From: Candidatus Pacearchaeota archaeon CG10_big_fil_rev_8_21_14_0_10_31_59
GTDB taxonomy: Archaea; Nanobdellota; Nanobdellia; Pacearchaeales; CG1-02-31-27
DNA length: 64,000 nucleotides
Direction of reading: 5' to 3'
Assembly (NCBI GenBank): GCA_002763115.1
Contig: PFCW01000002.1
Location: 131,703 to 195,702, forward strand
In this document: positions 1-7,905 of the stretch, one piece after another
Numbering within the stretch: position 1 is the stretch's first letter
Layout: the number at the start of each line of letters is the position of its first letter
Translations under genes and position numbers: made by a program
Notes under the pieces: model-generated
Told to the model about the DNA's origin: nothing
Database searches by the model: none
What the model saw: only the letters and a program-made list of their open reading frames with translations

Positions 1-151
1 TAGGGGAGAACCGATAGTCTGCACGCCATTTGATGCTTACAAATGCATGATGGGGACGGGTATAGATTATCTGATTATGAATAAATTTTTGATAAAAAGA
101 GAAGAAAATCAAAAACATATGTGGGATAGCGAAAAAAATGCAAGAGATTGA
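1..151 (+). CDS. 3' end of upstream gene (last ~50 codons; possibly carbamoyltransferase-like), truncated by window edge
   Basis: Frame 2 reads ...GEPIVCTPFDAYKCMMGTGIDYLIMNKFLIKREENQKHMWDSEKNARD*, ending at TGA 149-151 and overlapping the ATG at 138 of the next ORF (ATGcaagagatTGA coupling). Family guess rests only on recollection of NodU/CmcH-type C-termini. Confidence 0.3.
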   Translation, partial: RGEPIVCTPFDAYKCMMGTGIDYLIMNKFLIKREENQKHMWDSEKNARD

Positions 152-1283
152 TGAAAACAGGATTGAGAAGGCTTCAAAGAAAGCTGGTAAGTTGTTTAAA
201 CCAATAAAATATTTAATTAATGTTCTGATAATTGTTATAATTTTATTTTTAATTTTGGAGCTGATATCTTTTGTTGTAATTAAAATTCATAGTTCTCCGA
301 AAAATGAGCCAAGATTGCAGATGGATATTTATAATAACAAAACATGGGCTGTTGATTACTACATAGAATTTTACGAGTCTGACAAGGCAGAATATTTTCC
401 TTATTTGGAATATAGAAGAGTCCCAAACTATCATGGTGAATATATAAATATCGATGAAAATTCCATAAGAAAAACAGAATCTTCATGTTTTATACAATCT
501 GATGATAGGATAAGAATTTTTATATTTGGTGGTTCAACCCTGTGGGGAAGCGGTGCAAGAGATGAGGGAACAATACCCTCTTTTGTATTGACTTATTTAT
601 GTGAAAATAAAATTGCTGCAGAGGTAATTAATTTTGGTGAAGCTGGTTATGGTTCAACACAGGAAATTATAAGACTTGAGTTGGAATTAAGAAAAGAGAA
701 TAAACCAGATATTGTGATATTTTACGACGGAGTAAATGAAGTTTATTCTGCATACCAGAATAAAAAAGCGGGTTTGCCGCAGAATGTGCAGAATAGGATT
801 GAAGATTTTAATTCAAGAAATAGAATAAATCTGAAAAATGCTCTGGTTAATTCAAATTTAGTCAGAATAATAAACAAATTAATCGGAGGTTTTAAGAAAG
901 AAAAGATTGAAACATTGCCGGAAAGCTTGGATGATGAAACTGCCAACGTTTATCTCGAAAATGTTAAACTGGTAAAAATTTTAGCTGAGGAATATGATTT
1001 CAAAACATTCTTTTACTGGCAGCCATCAGTTTATTCCAAAGATAACCTGTCAGAAGATGAAAAGAATAAAATAGCAAAAGATGAAACTTATAAAAAATTG
1101 TACTTTGATGTAAAGGATATTGTTGATGAATCTCAAGATGTTATTGATATATCTGATGTTTTTGACGAACATTATGAAAGTATTTTCATAGATCCTTACC
1201 ACACAAGCGAGGAAGGCAATAAGATTATTGTTGGGGACATTGGGAAGGATATAATAAAGTATTTAAATGAAAATCAGATTTAA
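138..1283 (+). CDS. membrane-anchored SGNH/GDSL-family hydrolase
   Basis: 381 aa. N-terminal TM helix (LINVLIIVIILFLILELISFVVI). SGNH blocks present: FGGSTLWG (block I Ser), GEAGYGST (block II Gly), YDGVNE (block III GxND-like), DPYHTSEEG (block V DxxH). Confidence 0.6.
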   Translation: MQEIDENRIEKASKKAGKLFKPIKYLINVLIIVIILFLILELISFVVIKIHSSPKNEPRLQMDIYNNKTWAVDYYIEFYESDKAEYFPYLEYRRVPNYHGEYINIDENSIRKTESSCFIQSDDRIRIFIFGGSTLWGSGARDEGTIPSFVLTYLCENKIAAEVINFGEAGYGSTQEIIRLELELRKENKPDIVIFYDGVNEVYSAYQNKKAGLPQNVQNRIEDFNSRNRINLKNALVNSNLVRIINKLIGGFKKEKIETLPESLDDETANVYLENVKLVKILAEEYDFKTFFYWQPSVYSKDNLSEDEKNKIAKDETYKKLYFDVKDIVDESQDVIDISDVFDEHYESIFIDPYHTSEEGNKIIVGDIGKDIIKYLNENQI

Positions 1284-1288
1284 TAGTT

Positions 1289-1447
1289 ATGAAGAATAAA
1301 TCGTTGATTGGAGAAATGTGGGATTTTCTGAAAGTCAGAAAAGCTTACTGGTTAATTCCCACCATAGTGCTTTTATTATTAGTAGGAATATTGATTGTAT
1401 TCTCGCAAAGCAGTGTGTTATCGGCATTTATTTATGCGTTGTTTTAG
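1289..1447 (+). CDS. small membrane protein, DUF5989-like (52 aa; missing from the ORF track because <60 aa)
   Basis: ATG 1289 to TAG 1445-1447 gives MKNKSLIGEMWDFLKVRKAYWLIPTIVLLLLVGILIVFSQSSVLSAFIYALF. It matches the MWDFLKVRKKYWLIP...FIYTLF pattern I recall for the DUF5989 family. Overlaps the 3' end of the convergent methyltransferase gene by ~30 nt. Confidence 0.5.
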   Translation: MKNKSLIGEMWDFLKVRKAYWLIPTIVLLLLVGILIVFSQSSVLSAFIYALF

Positions 1448-2365
1448 CTTTCTTATTTCATATACAACAATTCCGTTCTTATTTATTCTTGACAGGAAGG
1501 CGCTTAAGAGGAAAATCAATACCAGAGAAAATTTATTGTAAAAAAGCCATTTCAGTTTCTTACCAAAAAAATAATACAAAGTTCCGGCAATTTCAGTGTA
1601 AGTAATATAATTATGTTTTTCTTCAATAGCCAAATTGTATTTTTGCAGTAAAGAAGATAAAGTTTTTGTTGAGAATAAATAAAGGTGTCTTGGAGAGTCA
1701 ATTGAATGCCATTTTGATTTGAAGAGATTAAACATTAAACTGTCTGCTGACGGGATTGCTATTATAAACACACCATCATCAGCCAAGATTCTGCTTATCT
1801 CCCTGATAACAAAAGAAGGATTGTATAAATGCTCAAGTACATGGGACAAGATAATAACGTCGAATTTTGCATTTATTTTCTTGATATATTCCTGGATATC
1901 GCCCTGAATCACTTTCAAATTATTTTTTCTGCAGATTTCAACGGCATTTTTATCCATTTCAACGCCATAACACTCAAATCCTTTCTCTTTCAGTTCTTTT
2001 AATAATTCACCGGAACCACAGCCCAAGTCAAGAACCTTTCCCTCCAGAATTTTGTCAAAAATTTCATTTATCCCTGTTATGGATTTTTTGCCTGCTAGAA
2101 ATCTCATAACTTTGTAGAAAATATTGCTTGTTTTTCTGCTTTTTTCTGATTTTTCATCTTTTGACTGGTAAGGTTTATACTCCTTTGGATAATATTTTTC
2201 AATTTCTTTTTTTGTTGGCCTTGGGTTTAGATAAATTAAACCACAATTTTCACATTTTACAATATCAAATTGTCCGTTATTTTCAAACTGAATATCCTTT
2301 GTTTTGAACAAGAGTTTATAGTTTAAACTATTGCAGATATCACATTTAACAGTCTCTAAATCCAT
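1418..2365 (-). CDS. class I SAM-dependent methyltransferase with N-terminal Zn-ribbon
   Basis: 315 aa. CDICNS...CENCG forms a 4-Cys ribbon. Motif I is VLDLGCGSGELL. Methyltransf_11/23-like core; hydrophobic C-terminal tail. Confidence 0.7.
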   Translation of the reverse strand: MDLETVKCDICNSLNYKLLFKTKDIQFENNGQFDIVKCENCGLIYLNPRPTKKEIEKYYPKEYKPYQSKDEKSEKSRKTSNIFYKVMRFLAGKKSITGINEIFDKILEGKVLDLGCGSGELLKELKEKGFECYGVEMDKNAVEICRKNNLKVIQGDIQEYIKKINAKFDVIILSHVLEHLYNPSFVIREISRILADDGVFIIAIPSADSLMFNLFKSKWHSIDSPRHLYLFSTKTLSSLLQKYNLAIEEKHNYITYTEIAGTLYYFFGKKLKWLFYNKFSLVLIFLLSAFLSRINKNGIVVYEIRKLKQRINKCR

Positions 2366-2434
2366 GATAAAGCAAGAAAATGACTAAATATAAACTTTAT
2401 CAAGATTTTTAAATATATAATTTTTAATAATGAT

Positions 2435-3176
2435 ATGAACATTTTAATTTTGATATTAACAGTTACTCTTTTAGTGAGCTTAATATCTTTTATAGGAGTT
2501 TTTGCATTATTGAAAGAAAAAATATTAAACAAAATTGTTCTGGTTTTAGTTTCGCTTTCAGCCGGGGTTTTAATTGGAAACGCTTTTCTTCATTTAATTC
2601 CCGAAGCTTTAGAAACTTCAATTAAAGTAGAATTTATTTTTTTATTATTAATAGCTGGTTTCGTCCTGTTTTTTTTTAATTGAGAAGATATTCCACTGGC
2701 ACTGTCATAAAACTAATTGCGAAGTCCATAGTTTTGCATACATGAATTTGGTTGGGGATGGTATTCATAATTTTATAGATGGTTTAATTATAGCAGGAAG
2801 TTTTGTTGTAAATACAACTTTAGGATTTGCAACAACCTTTGCCATAGCAATGCATGAAATTCCGCAGGAGATAGGAGATTTCGGAGTTTTAATTCATGGT
2901 GGTTTCAAAAGGGCAAAGGCTCTGGTGATTAATTTCATATTTGGGTTGACAGCTGTAGCTGGAGGTTTTGTCGGATATTTCCTGTCTAAAAGCATAGAAA
3001 ATTTTGTTATGTATTTACTCCCAATAGCTGCGGGCGGATTTATTTATATTGCGGCAAGTGATTTAATACCCGAATTAAGAAAAGAAATAAACATCAAGAA
3101 ATCTCTTCTGAATTTTGCTATTTTCGTTCTTGGAATTTTGCTTATTTTTGGTTTAGGTTTGATTGTAAGACATTAG
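2435..3176 (+). pseudogene. ZIP-family zinc transporter (ZupT-like) broken by a frameshift in a T9-10 homopolymer (2667-2677)
   Basis: ORF 2435-2683 encodes the ZupT N-terminal TMs. The frame of ORF 2742-3176, read upstream of its Met, gives ...FFLIEKIFHWHCHKTNCEVHSFAYMNLVGDGIHN (His-rich loop), then HEIPQEIGDFGVLIHGGF (ZIP signature) and the C-terminal TMs. The two frames meet at the poly-T tract. Confidence 0.6.
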
Positions 3177-3206
3177 ATTTAAATAATGAATTAAACAAAA
3201 AATAAA

Positions 3207-4190
3207 ATGGATATTATCAAAATAAAAAACCTTGTAAAAAAGTTTGACAAGATAACTGCAGTAAATAGCATAAGTTTCACAATAAAAGAAGGAGAAATTT
3301 TTGGTTTTCTCGGTCCGAACGGAGCTGGAAAAACAACCACATTATCGATGTTGGCCACAATACTAGAACCAACATCCGGGGAAGCTTCTGTAAATAATTT
3401 TAATATTGCAACCCAGAAAAATGATGTCAGAAAATCCATTGGCATGGTTTTTCAGGACTCAAGCTTAGATGATGAACTGACAGCTTATGAAAATATGGAT
3501 TTTCATGGAAGAATTTATGATGTTCCAAGAGAGAAAAGAAAGGAAAAAATTATCGAGTTGCTGAAACTTGTTGAACTTGATTCGAGAAAAAATGATCTTG
3601 TTAAAACTTTTTCCGGAGGAATGAGGAGAAGGCTTGAAATTGCCAGAGGTTTGTTGCATGAACCAAAAGTTTTGTTTTTGGATGAACCGACATTGGGATT
3701 GGATCCGCAGACAAGAAACAAAATCTGGAAATATGTTAATAATTTAAACAAAGAGAAAAAGATTACGATTATATTGACAACGCATTACATGGATGAGGCA
3801 GACAAGCTTTGTGAAAGGGTTGCTATAATTGACAAGGGAAAAATAATAAAACTGGACATCCCGGATAATCTGAAAGATTCTATCGGTGATGATGTTATAA
3901 GTGTTTTTACAGAATCAAAAAATATTTTAGATTTGCTTAAAAAATTTCCGTGGTTTAAATCTGGTAAGATACATAACGGATGTATAACTATAAATTTACA
4001 AAATGCTGAAAAACATGTCACGGAAATTGTTAAGATAGCTTCTGAAAATAAAATTGAAATAAAATCTCTAGAGATTCATAAGCCAACTTTGGAGGATGTC
4101 TTCCTTCATTTCACCGGAAAAACAATAAGAGAGGAAGAAGCAGATCCAAATGAAGCTATGAAAATAAGGCACAGAATGATGAGGAGATAA
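3207..4190 (+). CDS. ABC transporter ATP-binding protein (ABC-2 exporter type)
   Basis: 327 aa. Walker A GPNGAGKTT, ABC signature FSGGMRRRLEIA, Walker B VLFLDEPTLGLD, H-loop TTHYMDEA. C-terminal ~100-aa accessory domain. Confidence 0.85.
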   Translation: MDIIKIKNLVKKFDKITAVNSISFTIKEGEIFGFLGPNGAGKTTTLSMLATILEPTSGEASVNNFNIATQKNDVRKSIGMVFQDSSLDDELTAYENMDFHGRIYDVPREKRKEKIIELLKLVELDSRKNDLVKTFSGGMRRRLEIARGLLHEPKVLFLDEPTLGLDPQTRNKIWKYVNNLNKEKKITIILTTHYMDEADKLCERVAIIDKGKIIKLDIPDNLKDSIGDDVISVFTESKNILDLLKKFPWFKSGKIHNGCITINLQNAEKHVTEIVKIASENKIEIKSLEIHKPTLEDVFLHFTGKTIREEEADPNEAMKIRHRMMRR

Positions 4191-4939
4191 TGGGAGCTAT
4201 TTATATAATCTGGCTGAGAAATTTGAAAAGATTTTGGAGAAGCAAAAGCAGGGTTATCGGAAGTTTGGGGATGCCTGTATTTTTTCTTATTATTTTAGGT
4301 TTTGGTTTAAGCTCTGTTTTGACAATACCTGGAATGGGCCATGATTACATGAAGTTTATAATTCCCGGGATTATTGCAATGACTGTTCTTTTCAGTTCTA
4401 TTTTCGCTGGAATACAAGTTATCTGAGACAAGCAGTTTGGTTTTCTTAAGGAGATGTTAGTTGCACCGGTATCGAGAATTTCATTGATGATTGGACAAAC
4501 ATTGGGAGGAGCAACAACATCTTTAATTCAGGGAATGTTAATTTTAATTGTCGGGTTATTTATAGCTGGTTTTGTTTCCAGCATATTAGGATTTTTGATA
4601 GCAATTGCTTTTATGGTGTTGATAGGAATTTCTTTTACAGCATTGGGAATTGCATTTGCCTCAAAAATGAAAGATATGCACGGCTTCCAATTGATTATGA
4701 ATTTTTTTATATTTCCTGTTTTTGGTTTGTCCGGTGCTCTATTCCCGATAAGCAACGCACCAAATGTTTTGAAAATAATAGCTTATTTTGATCCACTGAC
4801 ATATGGTGTTGAAGGAATCAGATATGGTTTGCTTGGCGTCTCCCAGATAAACCCGTGGATAAGTTTTGTTATTCTTCTAGGATTTTCAATAGCAATGATT
4901 TTGCTCGGCGGTTTTCTTTTCAGAAAAGTCAAGATTTAA
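4190..4939 (+). pseudogene. ABC-2 family permease interrupted by an in-frame TGA at 4424-4426 (disrupted gene or sequencing error)
   Basis: ORF 4190-4426 ends ...FAGIQVI* and the same frame continues DKQFGFLKEMLVAPVSR... (ORF track starts at Met 4454). Combined length ~250 aa with 6 TMs, typical of ABC-2 permeases. The stop sits where I recall a conserved Trp in the W-D-R/K-E/Q-F-G-F-L-K-E motif, consistent with TGG>TGA. Confidence 0.6.
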
Positions 4940-4979
4940 GCATAACAAAGATTAAATATTCTTTAAACTTGTCAATAAA

Positions 4980-5558
4980 ATGGAAGATGATTATTTTATA
5001 GTTGATATTGAAACATGTCCTATTGATTTGGAAAAATACCAACAGTTGAATGAAGAAGAGCAGAAAAAGCTGATGAATCCTATTGATTCAAAAATTATCG
5101 CTATTGGTTTGCGGTATAATGGAAAAAATAAGATTATTATGGATGAAAATGAAAAAGTTATGCTTGAAAAATTCTGGTCTGAATGGGAAAATATCAAAAA
5201 AGGAAATCCTTACACAAATGTTGTCGGTTTCAGCATAACTAATTTTGATTTGCCTTTCTTGGTTTCAAAAAGTTTGGTTCATAATGTTGTGATATGTCCG
5301 TTTTTATTGAAAGAGATTGTTGATTTAAGAGATAAGATTAATGCTTACAGGTTCGGAAGAACAAGAGGAACTTTAAAGGAATATGCAAAGTTGATAGGCA
5401 TTAAAACCATGGACATGGACGGAAAAGATATTGCACCTCTTTGTATAAAAGGAGATTTCATCAAGATTTCTGAGTATTTGGAAAAGGATTTGGAAATAAC
5501 GGATAAGCTCTATCAAAGAGCTAAAGAAACTAAGATTCTGGAGATTGATAAGTGGTGA
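4980..5558 (+). CDS. predicted 3'-5' exonuclease, RNase H-like / PolB-exonuclease-related
   Basis: 192 aa. N-terminal FIVDIETCPID (Exo I DxE-like). VGFSITNFDLPFL resembles the GFN..FDLPYL motif of the PolB-exo-like family. Family assignment from memory. Confidence 0.5.
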   Translation: MEDDYFIVDIETCPIDLEKYQQLNEEEQKKLMNPIDSKIIAIGLRYNGKNKIIMDENEKVMLEKFWSEWENIKKGNPYTNVVGFSITNFDLPFLVSKSLVHNVVICPFLLKEIVDLRDKINAYRFGRTRGTLKEYAKLIGIKTMDMDGKDIAPLCIKGDFIKISEYLEKDLEITDKLYQRAKETKILEIDKW

Positions 5559-5598
5559 TAATCCCTAACTTTATAAGTAACCTGTTCCTATTATTTTT

Positions 5599-5958
5599 AT
5601 GAAAAAGAAGTCAGCTCTTTATTGGATTCCTAGGATTATTGCGATTGCCTTTATTTTGTTTATCAGTATATTTGCTTTTGATGAACCTTTTTTATCACTT
5701 GGATTTTTTATTCATCTGATTCCTTCTTTTATATTAATAGCTGCTTTGGTTGCTGCCTGGATTTGGGAAAAAATCGGAGGAATAATATTCATTTTACTGG
5801 CAATAGTGTTTACCTTCGTTTTTAGTACTTATAGAAGTATTTTTAGCTTCTTGCAGATTTCTCTTGTTCTATTAATAATCGGAATTTTATTTTTAATAAA
5901 CGGAATAAAAAAGAAAAAAATAAATAAAACTTCTACAATTCATCCAACGGATTCTTAA
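5599..5958 (+). CDS. hypothetical small membrane protein (3-4 TM)
   Basis: 119 aa, strongly hydrophobic with a Lys-rich C-tail. No recognisable motif. Confidence 0.4.
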   Translation: MKKKSALYWIPRIIAIAFILFISIFAFDEPFLSLGFFIHLIPSFILIAALVAAWIWEKIGGIIFILLAIVFTFVFSTYRSIFSFLQISLVLLIIGILFLINGIKKKKINKTSTIHPTDS

Positions 5959-6739
5959 TCTTCTTCAAAGCTTCAGTAGAAACATGGGTGTAAATTTGAG
6001 TAGTGTTAAGATTTTCATGTCCTAACAAGGTTTGGATATATCTAATATCTGTTCCCGCATCAAGAAGATGTGTTGCATAAGAATGCCTTAAAGTATGCGG
6101 AGTTACTTTTTTGTTAACATTTGCATTTTTGGCTGCATTTTTTATGATTTTCTGTATGTTTCTTGTGCTTAATGGTTTTTGTTCTGAAAATACGTATACA
6201 AAGCTAGGAGTTTTTTTGAAATATTCCTGCAATTCTTCTATTATTTTTTCTGAAATCTGGAAAGCACGATCTTTGTTTCCCTTGCCTTTTCTTACCCAAC
6301 CCATTTTTTCTGAAAAATTTAAATCGTTCCTTTTCAAATTTACAAGTTCAGAAACTCTCAAACCAGAAGAATAAAGCAATAAAATAATTAATTTTGATTT
6401 GTAAGAACCGGAATTTTCAATCAGTAGTTTCATTTCTTCTTTTGTAAGAACAATTGGAAGCTTTTTCTCAACTTTTGGACTTGCAAGAGAAAAGCCTGCA
6501 TGTAACACATTTTTGGCAAAGAAATTCAAGGCACAAGAAATTAAGGCATTTGTTTTGCTTGAATAACCGGACATTCCGTTTGCCAGGAAATTCTTGGCAT
6601 CGTTTTCATTTATTTGGTTTACTGGCTTGCCTGTTTTTTCCAAAAACTTTTCAATAAAGAATCTGTAAGTATCCACAGTATTCTGACTGAATCCCTTAAG
6701 TTTTAATTCTGTCTCAAGTTGTTTTAATGCTTCATTCAT
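5933..6739 (-). CDS. tyrosine site-specific recombinase, XerA/XerCD-like (integrase family)
   Basis: 268 aa. N-terminal SAM-like core-binding domain. Catalytic region has SGLRVSEL (Arg I), HTLRHSYATHLL (His-x-x-Arg), LLGHENLNTTQIYTHV (His and Tyr nucleophile). Confidence 0.8.
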   Translation of the reverse strand: MNEALKQLETELKLKGFSQNTVDTYRFFIEKFLEKTGKPVNQINENDAKNFLANGMSGYSSKTNALISCALNFFAKNVLHAGFSLASPKVEKKLPIVLTKEEMKLLIENSGSYKSKLIILLLYSSGLRVSELVNLKRNDLNFSEKMGWVRKGKGNKDRAFQISEKIIEELQEYFKKTPSFVYVFSEQKPLSTRNIQKIIKNAAKNANVNKKVTPHTLRHSYATHLLDAGTDIRYIQTLLGHENLNTTQIYTHVSTEALKKIKNPLDEL

Positions 6740-6747
6740 TTTTCAAA

Positions 6748-6936
6748 TTACTCTTTTATGTAAAACCAAATCTTGAAATAAATGGTGGGAATGAGGAACA
6801 AAATTCCTGGAATCAAAGCAACCCACCAAAAAGGATTTTCTTTTATTATCGCAAAAGAATAAGAAATTAATGCAATTCCTATGATACTTGAAATAATGTC
6901 AAAAATCCAAGAACGGAATAAATCCTCAATTTCCAT
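6748..6936 (-). CDS. hypothetical 2-TM mini-protein, probably co-transcribed upstream of the recombinase
   Basis: 62 aa, two hydrophobic helices. Stop lies 9 nt from the recombinase start on the same strand. Confidence 0.35.
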   Translation of the reverse strand: MEIEDLFRSWIFDIISSIIGIALISYSFAIIKENPFWWVALIPGILFLIPTIYFKIWFYIKE

Positions 6937-6948
6937 GAATAATTTAAA

Positions 6949-6999
6949 GCGAACTTATTTATAAAGTTTTTGGTGTTCGCTTAATGCATATTAAGCGAA
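6949..6999. promoter_or_regulatory. inverted-repeat cluster: GCGAAC-N20-GTTCGC overlapping TTCGCTTAAT-GCAT-ATTAAGCGAA (10-bp arms, 4-bp spacer)
   Basis: Read directly: gcgaac at 6949-6954, gttcgc at 6975-6980, palindrome 6976-6999. Three TAAGCGAA half-sites in alternating orientation, upstream of the mini-ORF/recombinase operon. Confidence 0.4.
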
Positions 7000-7061
7000 T
7001 TTTTAGCCTATTTTCTACTTTAAACGAACTTTTTTATATCTATTAGCAATGCTCAAAACTT

Positions 7062-7268
7062 TTAGTTGGCTTTTGGACGGCATCTTCCAAAATAATATCC
7101 TTTATTCTGAGAACAATTTTTTCCTTGTACATATGTACATCTTTTGTGACTAGGAAAACAAAATAGACCATCATCATCCATGCCATCACATCCATAATGA
7201 TGTTCTTTACATTTTTTAGCTATATTTTTTAATTGATACACTATATTGTCCAAAATAATCTTCAACAT
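7062..7268 (-). CDS. hypothetical Cys-rich mini-protein (8 Cys in 68 aa)
   Basis: MLKIILDNIVYQLKNIAKKCKEHHYGCDGMDDDGLFCFPSHKRCTYVQGKNCSQNKGYYFGRCRPKAN. Possible metal-binding knot. No homolog recognised. Confidence 0.35.
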   Translation of the reverse strand: MLKIILDNIVYQLKNIAKKCKEHHYGCDGMDDDGLFCFPSHKRCTYVQGKNCSQNKGYYFGRCRPKAN

Positions 7269-7451
7269 TACCTGAAGGATTCATCCTTAGCCATTCTTTT
7301 AGAGAAGGGAACTAAACAGTGGTTCTCCAAAAATAATTCAAGAATTCTTTTTAAGCATATTTTTATTCAAATCTTTGGAAATATTTAAAGGTTTATGTGC
7401 TTTTTTGAACATTTCTAGCCTATTTTTGGCTTTTAGCAATGCTTAAACTAT

Positions 7452-7784
7452 TTAGTCGTTATTTTCTGATTTATCATTTCCTTTCGATGCCCATTTTTTA
7501 ATAAATATTATTCCAACAACGCACAATATTGTTATAAAAACCGCCATTAGAATTTGATAGAAATATAGGCTTTGTGGAATCTGTAATTTCTCAACTATTT
7601 TATTTATTACCCCATTTATTGCATCCTTCCAAACAAGAGCTATTAAAAAAGCAAAACCTGCTGTAATTGCTACAGCTGTTTGTGTTTTAAATTCTCTGAA
7701 AAAACTTTTTCTGCTTTTTTCAACTTTCTCTTTTATCTCTTCAGCTGTTTTTTCTATTTTTTTAAAATATTTTTGGTGAATCAT
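7452..7784 (-). CDS. hypothetical membrane protein
   Basis: 110 aa. Lys/Glu-rich N-terminus, then two TM segments (AVAITAGFAFLIALVW; LMAVFITILCVVGIIFI). Confidence 0.4.
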   Translation of the reverse strand: MIHQKYFKKIEKTAEEIKEKVEKSRKSFFREFKTQTAVAITAGFAFLIALVWKDAINGVINKIVEKLQIPQSLYFYQILMAVFITILCVVGIIFIKKWASKGNDKSENND

Positions 7785-7867
7785 GTTTATCAGAAGAACT
7801 TTTTATTTAAAAACCTTTTTTAGTATAGAAATTGCTTAAATCGTCGAAAAATATAGAGTATTGAGTG

Positions 7868-7905
7868 TTTAAACACCTGTTTAAACAGCTATAAACAGGT
7901 GTTTA
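7868..7905. promoter_or_regulatory. paired palindromes AAACA-CC-TGTTT and AAACA-GG-TGTTT upstream of the wHTH gene (candidate operator)
   Basis: gtttAAACACCTGTTTAAACAGCTATAAACAGGTGTTTagg at 7867-7907. A further half-site gAGGTGTTTAtta (7945-7954) lies between a TATA-like ttaataa and the probable start codon. Confidence 0.5.

Noticed and set aside
4424-4426. Possible TGA recoding (alternative genetic code) suggested by the in-frame TGA at a Trp-like position.
   Set aside because: TGA clearly terminates other genes in the window: lhr at 12944-12946, and the HD gene, where it forms the ATGA overlap with DP2 at 20581-20584. A single nonsense or base-call change is more parsimonious.
6976-6999. 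The 10-4-10 palindrome next to the Xer-like recombinase as the chromosomal dif site.
   Set aside because: It lies only ~10 kb from the predicted oriC. A chromosomal dif is expected in the terminus region, so an operator or element att/core site is more likely. Left as a candidate regulatory site only.
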